A stretch of 64,000 bases of DNA, taken from NCBI GenBank assembly GCA_964291215.2, contig OZ219791.1, positions 3,296,001 through 3,360,000 of the forward strand, written 5' to 3'. The stretch comes from Alphaproteobacteria bacterium (lineage in GTDB: Bacteria > Pseudomonadota > Alphaproteobacteria > MPNO01 > UBA830). Both the position numbers and the translations under genes were made by a program. Position 1 is the stretch's first letter; each line of letters starts with the position of its first letter. Positions 43,219 through 53,408 of this stretch are shown here, in pieces. The notes beneath the pieces were generated by a model. The model saw nothing but the letters and a program-made list of their open reading frames with translations, did not search any database and was not told the origin of the DNA.

Positions 43219-43453
43219 ATGACGATAGCTTGGAGAAAACCCCTCGCTCCCGGCGTGCCACAAGACCGCCCACGGCATCGGAGCAGCTTGGGCGCTGTGG
43301 CCATTTCCCGACGGGCCACCCAAGCACGATCTCACCAACTGGACCGCCATCGATGACTGGCCCGATCCCGTGCCGTTTGTGGAGGCCGAGATCGATGTGT
43401 TCGAGCGATGGTTTGGCGACCTGTTCGATGAACTGTTCGACCCGGATTTCTGA
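43219..43453 (+). pseudogene. Small acidic protein remnant
   Basis: DDWPDPVPFVEAEIDVFERWFGDLFDELF*; ATG is in a different frame. Confidence 0.4.
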
Positions 43454-43473
43454 GTGTCTCCATGCCGGGGCCG

Positions 43474-45398
43474 CACGGCGATCCCACGCTAGGTTTGTTG
43501 GAAGGGTCGGTTTTGCTTGTTCAGGATGATTCGCATTTTCGCTGGCTTTTTGTGAAGCGGCGTAGTATCCGTTGTCGTGGGGGCAGCGGATTTTTTTGAG
43601 ACGACTCTGGAGGGTTTTGCGCTCCGGGATGTGGTTGTGCGCCTTGCGCGGCCTGATGTCGCTGGAACCGTGTTGTTGACCGTATCTTGGTTTCAAGCAG
43701 TTTGCCGGTCGAGGTCTGCGTATTCACTTGGCGCGGGCGGTGGATTGGTGCTGCGGGCTGGCAGACGGGCGCCCTCAGCTGCGCACCCGTTGGCTGGCGC
43801 CGCGAGGAACAGTTCAGGCGGTTGCCGGGAACAACACGAGGTTTGTTGTTCTTGGTGGTCGTTTCCGGGCCTCGTTTGTGTTGTCGCGGATGGTGCGGCG
43901 GCGACTGGGAGGCTGCCGTTGCTTGTTGCGGAGTCGTTTGTCTCGCCGACGAAGTTCAGCGGCACCATGTACAAGGCAGCGAACTGGGAGTGCGTTGGCA
44001 GGAGCTATGCGCGCGCCAGCGGGCGCTATACCGACCGGGGAGGCGAAGGATCTTTACGTGTTTCCGCTGCGTCGTGACGTCGGCTGCGGGATCGTTCGCC
44101 GCTTCCTGTGGCGTGGGAGTTGCGGGCGCCGCTGGTCGGCGCAGGAGTTGCGCTCGATTTATCAGCGGCGCTTTCCGGCGCGCGCAGGGGCACCGCGGCG
44201 ACGCCTGGAGCTACGACGACGAATTCGTCCGACTTCCGGCGCGCGCAGGGGCGCAAGCACCGCATCGCCTCGGTGCTGTGCGTGATTTTGCTGGCTTGCG
44301 AACCGGCACGGTGCGGTTGCGGCGGCGCACTACGCGATGACGCAGAAGGAGCTGGAGCAGCATGGAAGAACAGGGACAAGCCGGTTTCCAAATCGACCGT
44401 GCACCGGGTGCTGCAGAACACCGACCCGGGATGGATCGAGGATGCGGCGCGCAGCCGCGCCTGGAGGTCGGCAACGCGGTCGACGGCAAGCGCATCCGCG
44501 GCCGCACCGGCGAGGATCATTACGAGACGGTCTCGCTGGCCGGTATTCGATCCTCAACTATCACGACGGGGAGATCGCTGCCGTCCACGCCGCGACGGCA
44601 CCGGTTGCCGGCCGTCTGCTCACCCTCGACGCGCTCCATACCACCCGCGAGACCGCGCGGCTGATCGTCGAGACCCATCGCGCGGACTGGATGATGATGG
44701 TCAAGGGCAACGCGCCCGAGACCTTCGAGACCTTCGAGAGCATCAACTGGAAGACCGCCAGCGCTACAACGAAAAGCCCGCGCATGGCCGCCAGCGCACC
44801 ATCGAGGTCTTCACCCCGCTGGCGAAGATGATCAACTAGTCAAGCAGATCTTCCGCGTCACCCGACGCGTCGAATTCAAGAAATCCAGAAAACGGACAAC
44901 CGAATACGCCATGACCTCGGTCAAGCGCGCCTCGCCGCAACAGCTGCTCGCATGGAATCGCGGACACTGGGTAGTCGAGAGCCACCATCATGTCCGCGAT
45001 GCCACCTTCCGCGAAGACGACTCCATGCTCCGAACGCGCCAGCAAACAACGCGATCACCCTCGCAATCGCCGTCATCATCCGCAACAAACGCAAGCTGCC
45101 CAAACCCTTCAACAGCTTCGTCGACGCCCGCCACCACTATGCCGACAAGCGCAAGCAGGTCCTGCACGCAATCACAAGACCAGGCTGACCGCGCCTCTCT
45201 CCCCGACAGAAACTGCAAGCTCTCGAGCCCGGCAACCAAACCCGGCAGGCCTCTCGCTCACCCCGGATACGCCGACCAATCGCGCCCCGCGCCGTAACAG
45301 CGCGTCAGCAAATCTCAAAATCGCAGCCTCGAACGCGTCGACCCGCGCCACGATCAGGACTCCGATCACATCACATCAACAAGCATGGGATCACCTTG
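43474..45398 (+). mobile_element. Second DUF4338-ISAs1 subfamily element, heavily degraded
   Basis: IRs CACGGCGATCCCACG / CATGGGATCACCTTG; perfect 10-bp TSD GCCGGGGCCG. Confidence 0.9.
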
Positions 45399-45453
45399 GC
45401 CGGGGCCGGAGTCAGGCTTGCAAATGGTACCAATAACTGATACTGACCACTTC

Positions 45454-45708
45454 ATGAAAAAGCGCCATAGAGCCACGCTGGAACTGATCTTCGTCCGCCC
45501 CGTCAACGGCTCAATCCGCTGGTCCGACATTGAGGCGCTGTTTGCCGCTCTTGGGGCGGAAATCAGCGAACGGGAAGGTTCGAGAATAGGCGTGTTTCTG
45601 TTTGGCGAAGTTCGCGTCTTTCACCGCCCGCATCCGTCACCGGATACGGACAAGGGTGCGGTTGCCAGTATTCGCAAGTGGCTGGAAGAACACGGAGTGA
45701 AACCATGA
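45454..45708 (+). CDS. hicA: HicA toxin
   Basis: W.DIEALF..LGA.I.E..GSR, FHRPHP. Confidence 0.92.
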   Translation: MKKRHRATLELIFVRPVNGSIRWSDIEALFAALGAEISEREGSRIGVFLFGEVRVFHRPHPSPDTDKGAVASIRKWLEEHGVKP

Positions 45709-46055
45709 TCAATGTGATCGAGATCGATGGGGAGAAGGCGGTCGTTACCTTTGACTCAGACATTCAGATGCTGCGCGGCGAGTTTATCGGGCTGAATGGC
45801 GGCGCCGACTTCTATGCCGAGAGTGTCCACGATCTGATCGAGGAAGGCCGGAAATCGCTGGCGGTCTATCTGGAGATGTGTCGGGAAAAGGGCATCGAAC
45901 CGGGCCGAAAATTTTCCGGGAAGTTCAATGTCCGCCTCGATCCTTCCGATCATGCCGCAGCAGTCATTGCAGCCGCCGCAGCGGGCAAGAGCCTGAATGA
46001 ATGGGTCGTCGGGGCGATCAGGGAAGCCGCCGAGAGTGGCAACCAGGCGGCCTGA
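45705..46055 (+). CDS. hicB: HicB antitoxin
   Basis: ATGA overlap; ADFYA, FSGKFNVR, SLNEW. Confidence 0.92.
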   Translation: MINVIEIDGEKAVVTFDSDIQMLRGEFIGLNGGADFYAESVHDLIEEGRKSLAVYLEMCREKGIEPGRKFSGKFNVRLDPSDHAAAVIAAAAAGKSLNEWVVGAIREAAESGNQAA

Positions 46056-47780
46056 TCTTGAGCCTATGACTGGATCGTTTCGGTATCGACATATGTTTGA
46101 GAAGGAGACCGGGCATGAACGCCCCCGCTTCCACCATCACTCGGCACGCTGCCCCTTAGCTGTGCGTCTCGACGGCGCGTCAGGCCCAGCATGAGGTCTC
46201 CATTCCCGACCAGAAGCGACAAGGCGAAGTCCAGGGTGGTCTTACGCTAAATTCTGTCTGATTTTTCAAGGCAGTACCTGGGCTTTGCGGGGTCGCGGGT
46301 TGGTGCGGGAGATTTTTTTACAGTTTTCGCTGGCTTTCTTGCACTGAAGTTGTCATGGTGCGGGGATGTCGGTTCACAAGCACATCGCATCCTGTCCGAT
46401 TCACGTCGCAGCTCCGGAAGGGTCTGTCCGAGGTTGAGGTTCGCGAAGCCTGAGGAGCGTCCGCTGTGGGATGCGTTGATGGACGACTATCTCGGGTTTC
46501 GCCGTCTGGCGGGGCTGCGCTATATTGCGTCCTTCAGGGGGCAGTGGCTGGGTCTGGCGGCGTGACGGGGCCTTCAAGTGCCGCGACCGGTGGATTGGCT
46601 GGAAGCCGGAGCAGCAGGGCTTGATCTGACAACACGCGACTGCTTGCGGCGCCGGGAACGTTTCCGAACCTTGCCTCCTTCTTTCTTGCGACGCGGCGGC
46701 TGGCCGACGATTGGCTGGAGGCCTACGGCCACCAGGTGGCGGAGACGTTCTGCGATCCGGCGCGTTTTGCGGGCACAAGGCGGCAGGCTGGTGTGCCAAG
46801 GGGTTTGCCCGCGGGCGCTACACCGACCCCCATGGTAAGGAGATTTTCGTTGTGCGGCGCGACGGCTGCTGTCGCAGGCGCTGCGGTAGCGCCGCCTGCC
46901 TCCTCGCTCCCCGGGGTTCCGAGGTGATGCGTTCGCTGCACGAAGAGTTGGCGGCGATCGAGGACTTCCGCCGCGCAGGAAGCACACGGTGTGCTCACGT
47001 TCTCGCCGAGCTTGCGAACATGAAAGGCAGCTGCGCAGTTTGCGCGGTCGCTGTCTCAGGACGAGGCCATCGGCGGAACCCGGGGACGGAGCTGCGCGAG
47101 CCGCCCTCCAAGGCGACCCTCCACTGGGCAGTCGATCGACCCCGAGGCGCTTGAGGATGTACTCGGCCGCGGGCTCGCCCGAGCGCTTGCCGCCGACGGC
47201 AAGCGCATCCGCGGCGCTAACCGCAACGGCCACCACGAGACCGTGGCTCTCACGCATCCGGCGCACCCTTCGCGCTGTTGAATTTCGACGACGGTGAGCT
47301 GGCGGCCACCTCCTCGAGCGCACCGATGTCCGCGGCAAGGTGATCACCCTCGACGCCGGCGGCGCTGATCACCCGGCGCTGCGGCGCAGACTATGTCTTC
47401 TCGGTCAAAGGCAATGCGCCCGAAACCTTCGACATCCTCGACGGCATCGACTGGGAGACAGATGGCCGCTTCAAGGAAGAGTAAGGCCCGCCTCGAGCAG
47501 CGCGTGCCGCTCAAGGGCTTGATCAACTACCCCGGCCAGATCGCCCGCATCAAGCGCTACCGCGAGCCGCTGGGAAAGAGCGCCAGCGGCGCAGCGAGCG
47601 GCAACGACTGTACCGATACATCATCACCTTATATGACTAGGTTTTGTCCCCTTGATGATGAAATCATCCACAGCAGTTGGGGGCGGGAAAATGTGGATCT
47701 GTGGGAGAGCTATGGTTGCAGAGAGATTCCGCTCCCCTGAGCGAACACGCACAGGGGAGCGGGGATCAAACGATCTCCGC

Positions 47781-47904
47781 GGAGGTTGCCGTTTTCACCT
47801 TGACAGGGCCGCGAGCGAGTGTGGTCGGCCAACCTCCCTTGACGTCCCTCGCATGGATGCTTGGGTTTGAACCCGTATCATCGTAAGGCGAGGAGCAAGG
47901 GACG
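47781..47904 (+). ncRNA. IS110 bridge RNA target- and donor-binding loops
   Basis: Two stem-loops whose internal loops match the target (TCACCT; CGAGCGAG) and donor (CATGGATGCT; TAAG). Confidence 0.8.
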
Positions 47905-48636
47905 ATGGTCAAGATAGTAGCAGGGGTCAGCCAGTCTGGACATCTGGCGCATTGTTTTGCGAACGACGCCACGGGCAAGTGGCTTCGCGGCCTCGGGGTG
48001 AGCCGGGTGGTGGGCGACAGGCCGCTATCACCGCAAGGTTCACCAGTGTCTTCATGACCGGGGCTTCGAGGTTATTCTCGTCAACCCGTTGCGGGCGCTT
48101 CGCCGAGGCGATGGGCCATCTGGCCGACCGCGTCGACGCCAAGATCGGCTGGGCGATCTTGAGCCTGTGGCTCCGCCTTCCTCAAGAGCCTGGAGGATCT
48201 CCTGGTGCCGCGCTTGTCGACGCCAAGCAGGTGGCAGATGAGGTGGATGGCGAGACCGTCACAAGGGCCTCAGCGGCCGATCTCGATGACCGCATTGCCG
48301 GCGCGGCGATCAAAGCGGTGATCGCCGGTGATCCCGAGCAGAGGTACCCTGACCTCGATCCGGTGACCGCCGCAGCCCTTCTGGATGCCCGAACTCGGCA
48401 GCGTCGGCAGGCGGCAGCCTTGATCGGGGTGGCGCCGATGGCCAACGACTACGGTGCTCGGCACATCCGTGGCGGGCGCCGAAGGCCACGCGATCTCCTG
48501 GCCGCGACCGGCACGCTTCAACGCGGACCTGGTGCGCCTCAAGACTGCCGGCAAGCAAGGTCGCGATTGTCGCCGTGATGCGCAAGCTCTGGCGAACACC
48601 TTGCTGCGACAGCAGCGTTGCCTGAAGTACCGGTGA

Positions 48637-48837
48637 GTGAGCGAAGGAGACACGGCCCTCACCCCTGCCGAGAGCGCGATCGGGACTGTCTCGACAGTCT
48701 CCCTCTACGACACGACTTGGGGAGAATGTCTGCAGATCATCGTCGAGGTCGACATCAAGGAGATCGAACCGCCTTGGGACACCTGGAACCCGGACGGTCA
48801 CGTGCCCGGGGACGGCAAGGTAGCCGCGTTCACGTGA
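48637..48837 (+). CDS. Small acidic hypothetical protein inside IS110
   Basis: 66-aa open frame downstream of the recombinase. Confidence 0.4.
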   Translation: MSEGDTALTPAESAIGTVSTVSLYDTTWGECLQIIVEVDIKEIEPPWDTWNPDGHVPGDGKVAAFT

Positions 48838-49509
48838 CCAATGGACGGCAACCCGCCGCCGGGACCACAAGCTTCATGTCGCCTCGCTCGCAGAGCAAAC
48901 CCCACACCGCTTGTGGACAACCACAGAAAACATCACCACAGACACCCGCAAAAACCTTGCCAAGAAACATGGATGCTCGCTCGATGCGCAACACGCCAGA
49001 GGAACCGCTGCGGCCGCGGGCCGTGGAAAACATGAACCACCGAGACTGCGTTTTCGGCGAAGACGCCTGCCTGACACGCCCGCAAACCGCGCCAGCCTCA
49101 ACAACATCGCGCTCGCGGTGATCTTCCGACGCGAGAGCCTCGCCGAAACACGGCGGCGGCTCGACCGCCGAGAAGCCGTCGCAGCTCTGATTCGGCCCTG
49201 AGCGCCAATGGCGTCCGGCCGATTCCCGGACGCCGCCCACAACCCGCCTACATCCCGAAAACAACCCGCCCACGCGCCGGCAACGCCGCCGGCGACGACC
49301 GCGGACGGCCCCAAAGCCAGAAAACCCGGCAGGTTGTACAACCCCCCTCCATCAGCAGTCGACAAGATCGAATGCAGCGTGAGAAAGTCCTGGCCTCCAA
49401 GACGAAGCGCTTGTCATCGGACCCTCCCGGGTGTAAACTTACCGTCTTCGATGCGACTTTACGTATCGTCGGTGATGATGGCTTTTCATGCGTCCCGGCG
49501 GCACAACCT

Positions 49510-49585
49510 GCCCAGGTAGCTCAGTTGGTAGAGCATCGCACTGAAAATGCGGGTGTCGGTGGTTCGAATCCGCCCCTGGGCACCA
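49510..49585 (+). tRNA. tRNA-Phe(GAA)
   Basis: 76-nt cloverleaf, anticodon loop CTGAAAA, TTCGAAT, CCA end. Confidence 0.97.
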
Positions 49586-49661
49586 CTCTTTCCATGCCTT
49601 CGACAACCAATCCTGAAGGCGTCCGGGACTCCGCTGCGCGGGCACCGGCCTGCGCCGTTCG

Positions 49662-52043
49662 TCAACCTTCCTTGCCCGAGATCGCCTTCCAGACGGTCTC
49701 GGGTGTCAGAGGCATCGCGAGATCGGTCACGCCTGTCGGGGCGAGCGCATCAAGCGCCGCGCCGACCACGGCGGCCGGCGAGCCGATGGAACCCGATTCA
49801 CCGCACCCCTTCGCGCCGAGCGGGTTGTGGGTGCAGGGATGGGACTCGTCGAGCCTGCCTTCGAAACTCACGAGGTCGTCGGCTCGCGGCATGCAGTAAT
49901 CGAGATAGGATCCCGAAAGGAGTTGTCCCGAGCGCGGATCGTAGCTGCAGTGTTCCGTCATCGCCTGGCCGATTCCCTGCGCGAGGCCGCCATGGACCTG
50001 ACCCTCGACGATGAGGGGATTGATCACGGTTCCGATATCGTCGACCGTGAGGTAGCTCATGATCTCCATGGTGCCGGTCTCGGCATCGATCTCGATCTCG
50101 CAGAGGTGGCCGCCGTTGGAATAGGCGAAGTTGGGCGGGTCGTAGAACGCGTTCTCGTTCAGGCCCGGTTCGACCCCTGCGGGGAGGGCATGGGCGACAT
50201 TGGCGGCTGCGGCAACGCTCTGGAGCGGCAGCCGCCGGTCGGTGCCGGCGACCGTATACATCCCGTCGTCGAAAACGAGGTCTCCGGGATCGGCCTCGAG
50301 CAGATCGGCGGCAATCAACCGTCCCTTGGCGATTATCTTGTCGGCGGCGGCGGCGATCGCCGATCCGCCCACCGCGATGGAGCGCGAGCCAAAGGTGCCG
50401 GTTCCCATCTGCACGACGCCGGTATCGCCCTCGATGACCTCGACCGTGGAATAGGGCAGGCCCAGACGCTCGGCGACGATCTGGGCGTAGGTAGTCTCGT
50501 GGCCCTGCCCGTGATTGTGCGTGCCCGCGAGAATCTGCACGCTGCCGTCTCCGGCGATGCGGATCTCGGCGCTTTCGAAGAAACCGACTCGAGCGCCGAG
50601 CATGCCTGCCAGGCGTGACGGGGCGACGCCGGACGTCTCGACGAACAGGGCCAGGCCGATGCCTCGGAGCCTGCCCCTGTGCGCCGATTCCTCGCGGCGT
50701 TTGGCAAAACCCCGCCAGTTCCCGACCTTGAGAAGCGCATCCAGAATTCCAGGGAAGTCGCCGCAGTCATAGGTCGGTCCGATCGGCGTTGCATAGGGCA
50801 TGCAATCGGCTGGAATCAGGTTGCGGCGTCGGATTTCGACCCGGTCGATGCCAAGCAACCGGGCGGCCTCGTCGGCAAGGCGCTCGAGCACGTAGCAGGC
50901 TTCGGGGCGGCCAGCGCCGCGATAGGCGTCGACCGGCACCGTGTTGGTGAGCGCGGCCGTCACATCGATGCGGATGGCCGGTGTGCCGTAGATGCCGGCC
51001 AGCAGTGCAGTGTAGATCGCACCCGGAATCGCGGCGCCGAACGTCGAGACGTAGGCGCCGACATTGGCGGTGGTGACGACGTGCAGACCCAGGAACCGGC
51101 CGTCGGCATCAATGCCGAGCCTCGCCCGCGTCAGGTGGTCTCGAGCCTGTGTATCGCTGCTGAAGGCCTCCGAGCGGCTGGAAATCCAGCGTATGGGAAC
51201 ACCGAGGCGGCGTGCGGCCCAGACGAGGATTGTCTCTTCGGGATAATGCTTGCCTTTGGTTCCGAAGCCGCCGCCGACATCAGGCGCGATCACGCGGAGC
51301 TTGTGCGTCGGCAGCGACAACGCTTCGCAGACCGAGCGGCGGATCAGATGCGGGGCCTGGGTGGCATCGTGAAGAACCGTGATATCCGATGTCGGGTCGT
51401 GCGAGGCCAGACAGGCCCGTGCCTCGATCGCTCCGCAGGCGAGCCGGTTGTTGATGAGTTCAAGTTCGACCACATGGTCAGCGGTTGCGATCGCTGTTGC
51501 CGCCTTGTCCGCATCTCCCCGGCCCCAGGAGAACAGGCGGTTGCCAGCGATCTCCGGATGCAAGAGCGGCGCGCCGTCGGCGAGTGCGGTGCTTGCGTCG
51601 GTGACCGCGGGCAGGGGGCGGTATTCGACCCCTACCTCCAATGCCGCGTCCCCGGCCTGCGCCTCTGTTTCGGCGACGATCATCGCGACCGCCTCACCGA
51701 CATGGCGCACGCGGCCGCGTGCCAGTGGCCACCGTTCGGGGACGATCATCCTGGAGCCGTCAGAATCTTCCATGATCCACATGCAGGGCATCGGCAAAAT
51801 ACCCTCGTCTGCCATGTCCTCGCCGGTGAGGCAGGCAACGACACCCGGCATGCGTGCGGCTTCCTCCACATCCACGGCGACGATCTCGGCATGGCTGTGT
51901 GGCGAGCGGATGAACGCGGCATGATGCTGGTTCGGAACCACGATGTCGGAAACGAACCGTCCCCGTCCCTGCAGGAAGCGTTCGTCCTCCTTGCGGATGA
52001 GAGGCTGGCCGATTCCTTGCGAAACGGCTTTGGAATTGGTCAT
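49662..52043 (-). CDS. Xanthine dehydrogenase/CoxL-like molybdopterin-binding subunit
   Basis: VGGGFG, AYRGAGRPE, HGQGHET, AKGCGE. Confidence 0.93.
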   Translation of the reverse strand: MTNSKAVSQGIGQPLIRKEDERFLQGRGRFVSDIVVPNQHHAAFIRSPHSHAEIVAVDVEEAARMPGVVACLTGEDMADEGILPMPCMWIMEDSDGSRMIVPERWPLARGRVRHVGEAVAMIVAETEAQAGDAALEVGVEYRPLPAVTDASTALADGAPLLHPEIAGNRLFSWGRGDADKAATAIATADHVVELELINNRLACGAIEARACLASHDPTSDITVLHDATQAPHLIRRSVCEALSLPTHKLRVIAPDVGGGFGTKGKHYPEETILVWAARRLGVPIRWISSRSEAFSSDTQARDHLTRARLGIDADGRFLGLHVVTTANVGAYVSTFGAAIPGAIYTALLAGIYGTPAIRIDVTAALTNTVPVDAYRGAGRPEACYVLERLADEAARLLGIDRVEIRRRNLIPADCMPYATPIGPTYDCGDFPGILDALLKVGNWRGFAKRREESAHRGRLRGIGLALFVETSGVAPSRLAGMLGARVGFFESAEIRIAGDGSVQILAGTHNHGQGHETTYAQIVAERLGLPYSTVEVIEGDTGVVQMGTGTFGSRSIAVGGSAIAAAADKIIAKGRLIAADLLEADPGDLVFDDGMYTVAGTDRRLPLQSVAAAANVAHALPAGVEPGLNENAFYDPPNFAYSNGGHLCEIEIDAETGTMEIMSYLTVDDIGTVINPLIVEGQVHGGLAQGIGQAMTEHCSYDPRSGQLLSGSYLDYCMPRADDLVSFEGRLDESHPCTHNPLGAKGCGESGSIGSPAAVVGAALDALAPTGVTDLAMPLTPETVWKAISGKEG

Positions 52044-52137
52044 CGGCAGGTCCTCGTCAGGCAGCACGGCATGGGACGGCCAGTCCGGGGCGTCCTCCGG
52101 GAAGTATCCGGCGCGGCTGTGTCATCGGCAACCGGCC

Positions 52138-53325
52138 TCAACCGCGGGATTCGGCCGCAGCTGCCGAGAGTGCAAGGAGGGCCTCGTCGCTGCCCGGCGG
52201 TCCGATCAGGGAGATTCCGAGCGGCGCGCCGGCGGTTGCCAGCGGAAGGGAGATCTGGGGGAAGCCGGAGAGCCCGGCAGGACAGGTGAGGCCCATCGTA
52301 CGCACCCGGAACGCGTCGACCTCCGTCGAGCCGGCGTCGCGTCGCGGGCTGCAGGGCGCGGTCGGGATGACGAGCAGCGTCTCTCCGCGGCCCACCAGTT
52401 CGTCAAGGCGCGCGCGGGCGACATCGCGCACCGGCTGGTGTTCCTCTGCGTGATGCTCGGTCAGCGTCGCAGCGAAGGCGAAGCGTTCCTTCACGCCGGG
52501 GCCGAACGCGGGTTCGTGTTCGGTGATCCACGCGCCATGGGCCTGCCAGATCTCGAGGGCCTGGAGGTGGCGGAAGGCGTCGAACCACCGGTCAAGTCCC
52601 TCCGCGGCAATGCGGACGGTTTTCGTACGTAGGCCGAGAGCCTCGACAAGCGCTCGCGCCTCGGCTTCCGAGGCCCGGCGCTCGTCTCCGGGCAGGCGGG
52701 CGAAGGCGTCTTCCGCGACGAGCGCCGTTTGCGGAGAGATGACGCGTGCGGCCCCGTCGAGCAGAACATCGCCGACGGCGCTGAATAGCGCGGGGTCGTG
52801 CGCAAACCATCCTATGACATCAAATGAATCGGCGAGCGCCACAACGCCGCGATCGGGTACGCGGCCGTGCGTGGGGCGAATGCCGTAGATTCCCGAAAAG
52901 CTCGCGGGACAGCGGACGGAACCGCCGCAATCCGTGCCGAGCGCCAAGTCGGCAAGGCCGCCGGCGACGGCAGCGGCTGATCCCGACGATGATCCGCCGA
53001 TCGAATGTTGCGGTGCGGCCGGGTTCACCGGCGCTCCGTAATGGATGTTGTTGCCGGCGAGGCTGTAGCACATCTCGTCGCACACGGTTTTGCCGACGAG
53101 CGAAGCCCCGGCGTCGAGAAGGAGCTTCACCGCTGTGGCGTGGGCCGCTGCCGGTGGATGGGTCGCCAGCCAGATGGGCTGGCCGTTGCCGGTCTTGCGG
53201 CCGGCGACATCGAACACGTCTTTTGCCGCAAAGGTGGCGCCCGAAAGCGCGCCGCTGCCCGTCGCAGGTTCGCTTACCGCCGGGCCGGCGAGAAAGGCGC
53301 CGAAATCGTCAGTCATTGGCCGCAT
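52138..53325 (-). CDS. Amidase
   Basis: AKD, GGSSSGSA, GTDCGGSVR. Confidence 0.92.
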   Translation of the reverse strand: MRPMTDDFGAFLAGPAVSEPATGSGALSGATFAAKDVFDVAGRKTGNGQPIWLATHPPAAAHATAVKLLLDAGASLVGKTVCDEMCYSLAGNNIHYGAPVNPAAPQHSIGGSSSGSAAAVAGGLADLALGTDCGGSVRCPASFSGIYGIRPTHGRVPDRGVVALADSFDVIGWFAHDPALFSAVGDVLLDGAARVISPQTALVAEDAFARLPGDERRASEAEARALVEALGLRTKTVRIAAEGLDRWFDAFRHLQALEIWQAHGAWITEHEPAFGPGVKERFAFAATLTEHHAEEHQPVRDVARARLDELVGRGETLLVIPTAPCSPRRDAGSTEVDAFRVRTMGLTCPAGLSGFPQISLPLATAGAPLGISLIGPPGSDEALLALSAAAAESRG

Positions 53326-53408
53326 GCTCCTGGATTTCTGCGCCCGGGCGCGGCTTGGCTGCCTGCCGGTGTCGCGGCGCTCCGGTTACTGCTGCTCTTG
53401 GCGACGCC

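Larger units (their letters stand above)
47630..48977 (+). mobile_element. IS110-family element, recombinase degraded
   Basis: Inserted at ATCAC-CT-CGCTC with CT at both junctions; NPLR, DRVDA, ALIGVAP, HIRGGR, AVMRKL motifs. Confidence 0.88.
46232..49392 (+). mobile_element. DUF4338-ISAs1 element (copy D) interrupted by IS110
   Basis: Both IRs identical to copy C; 46232-47629 plus 48978-49392 colinear with copy C. Confidence 0.9.
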
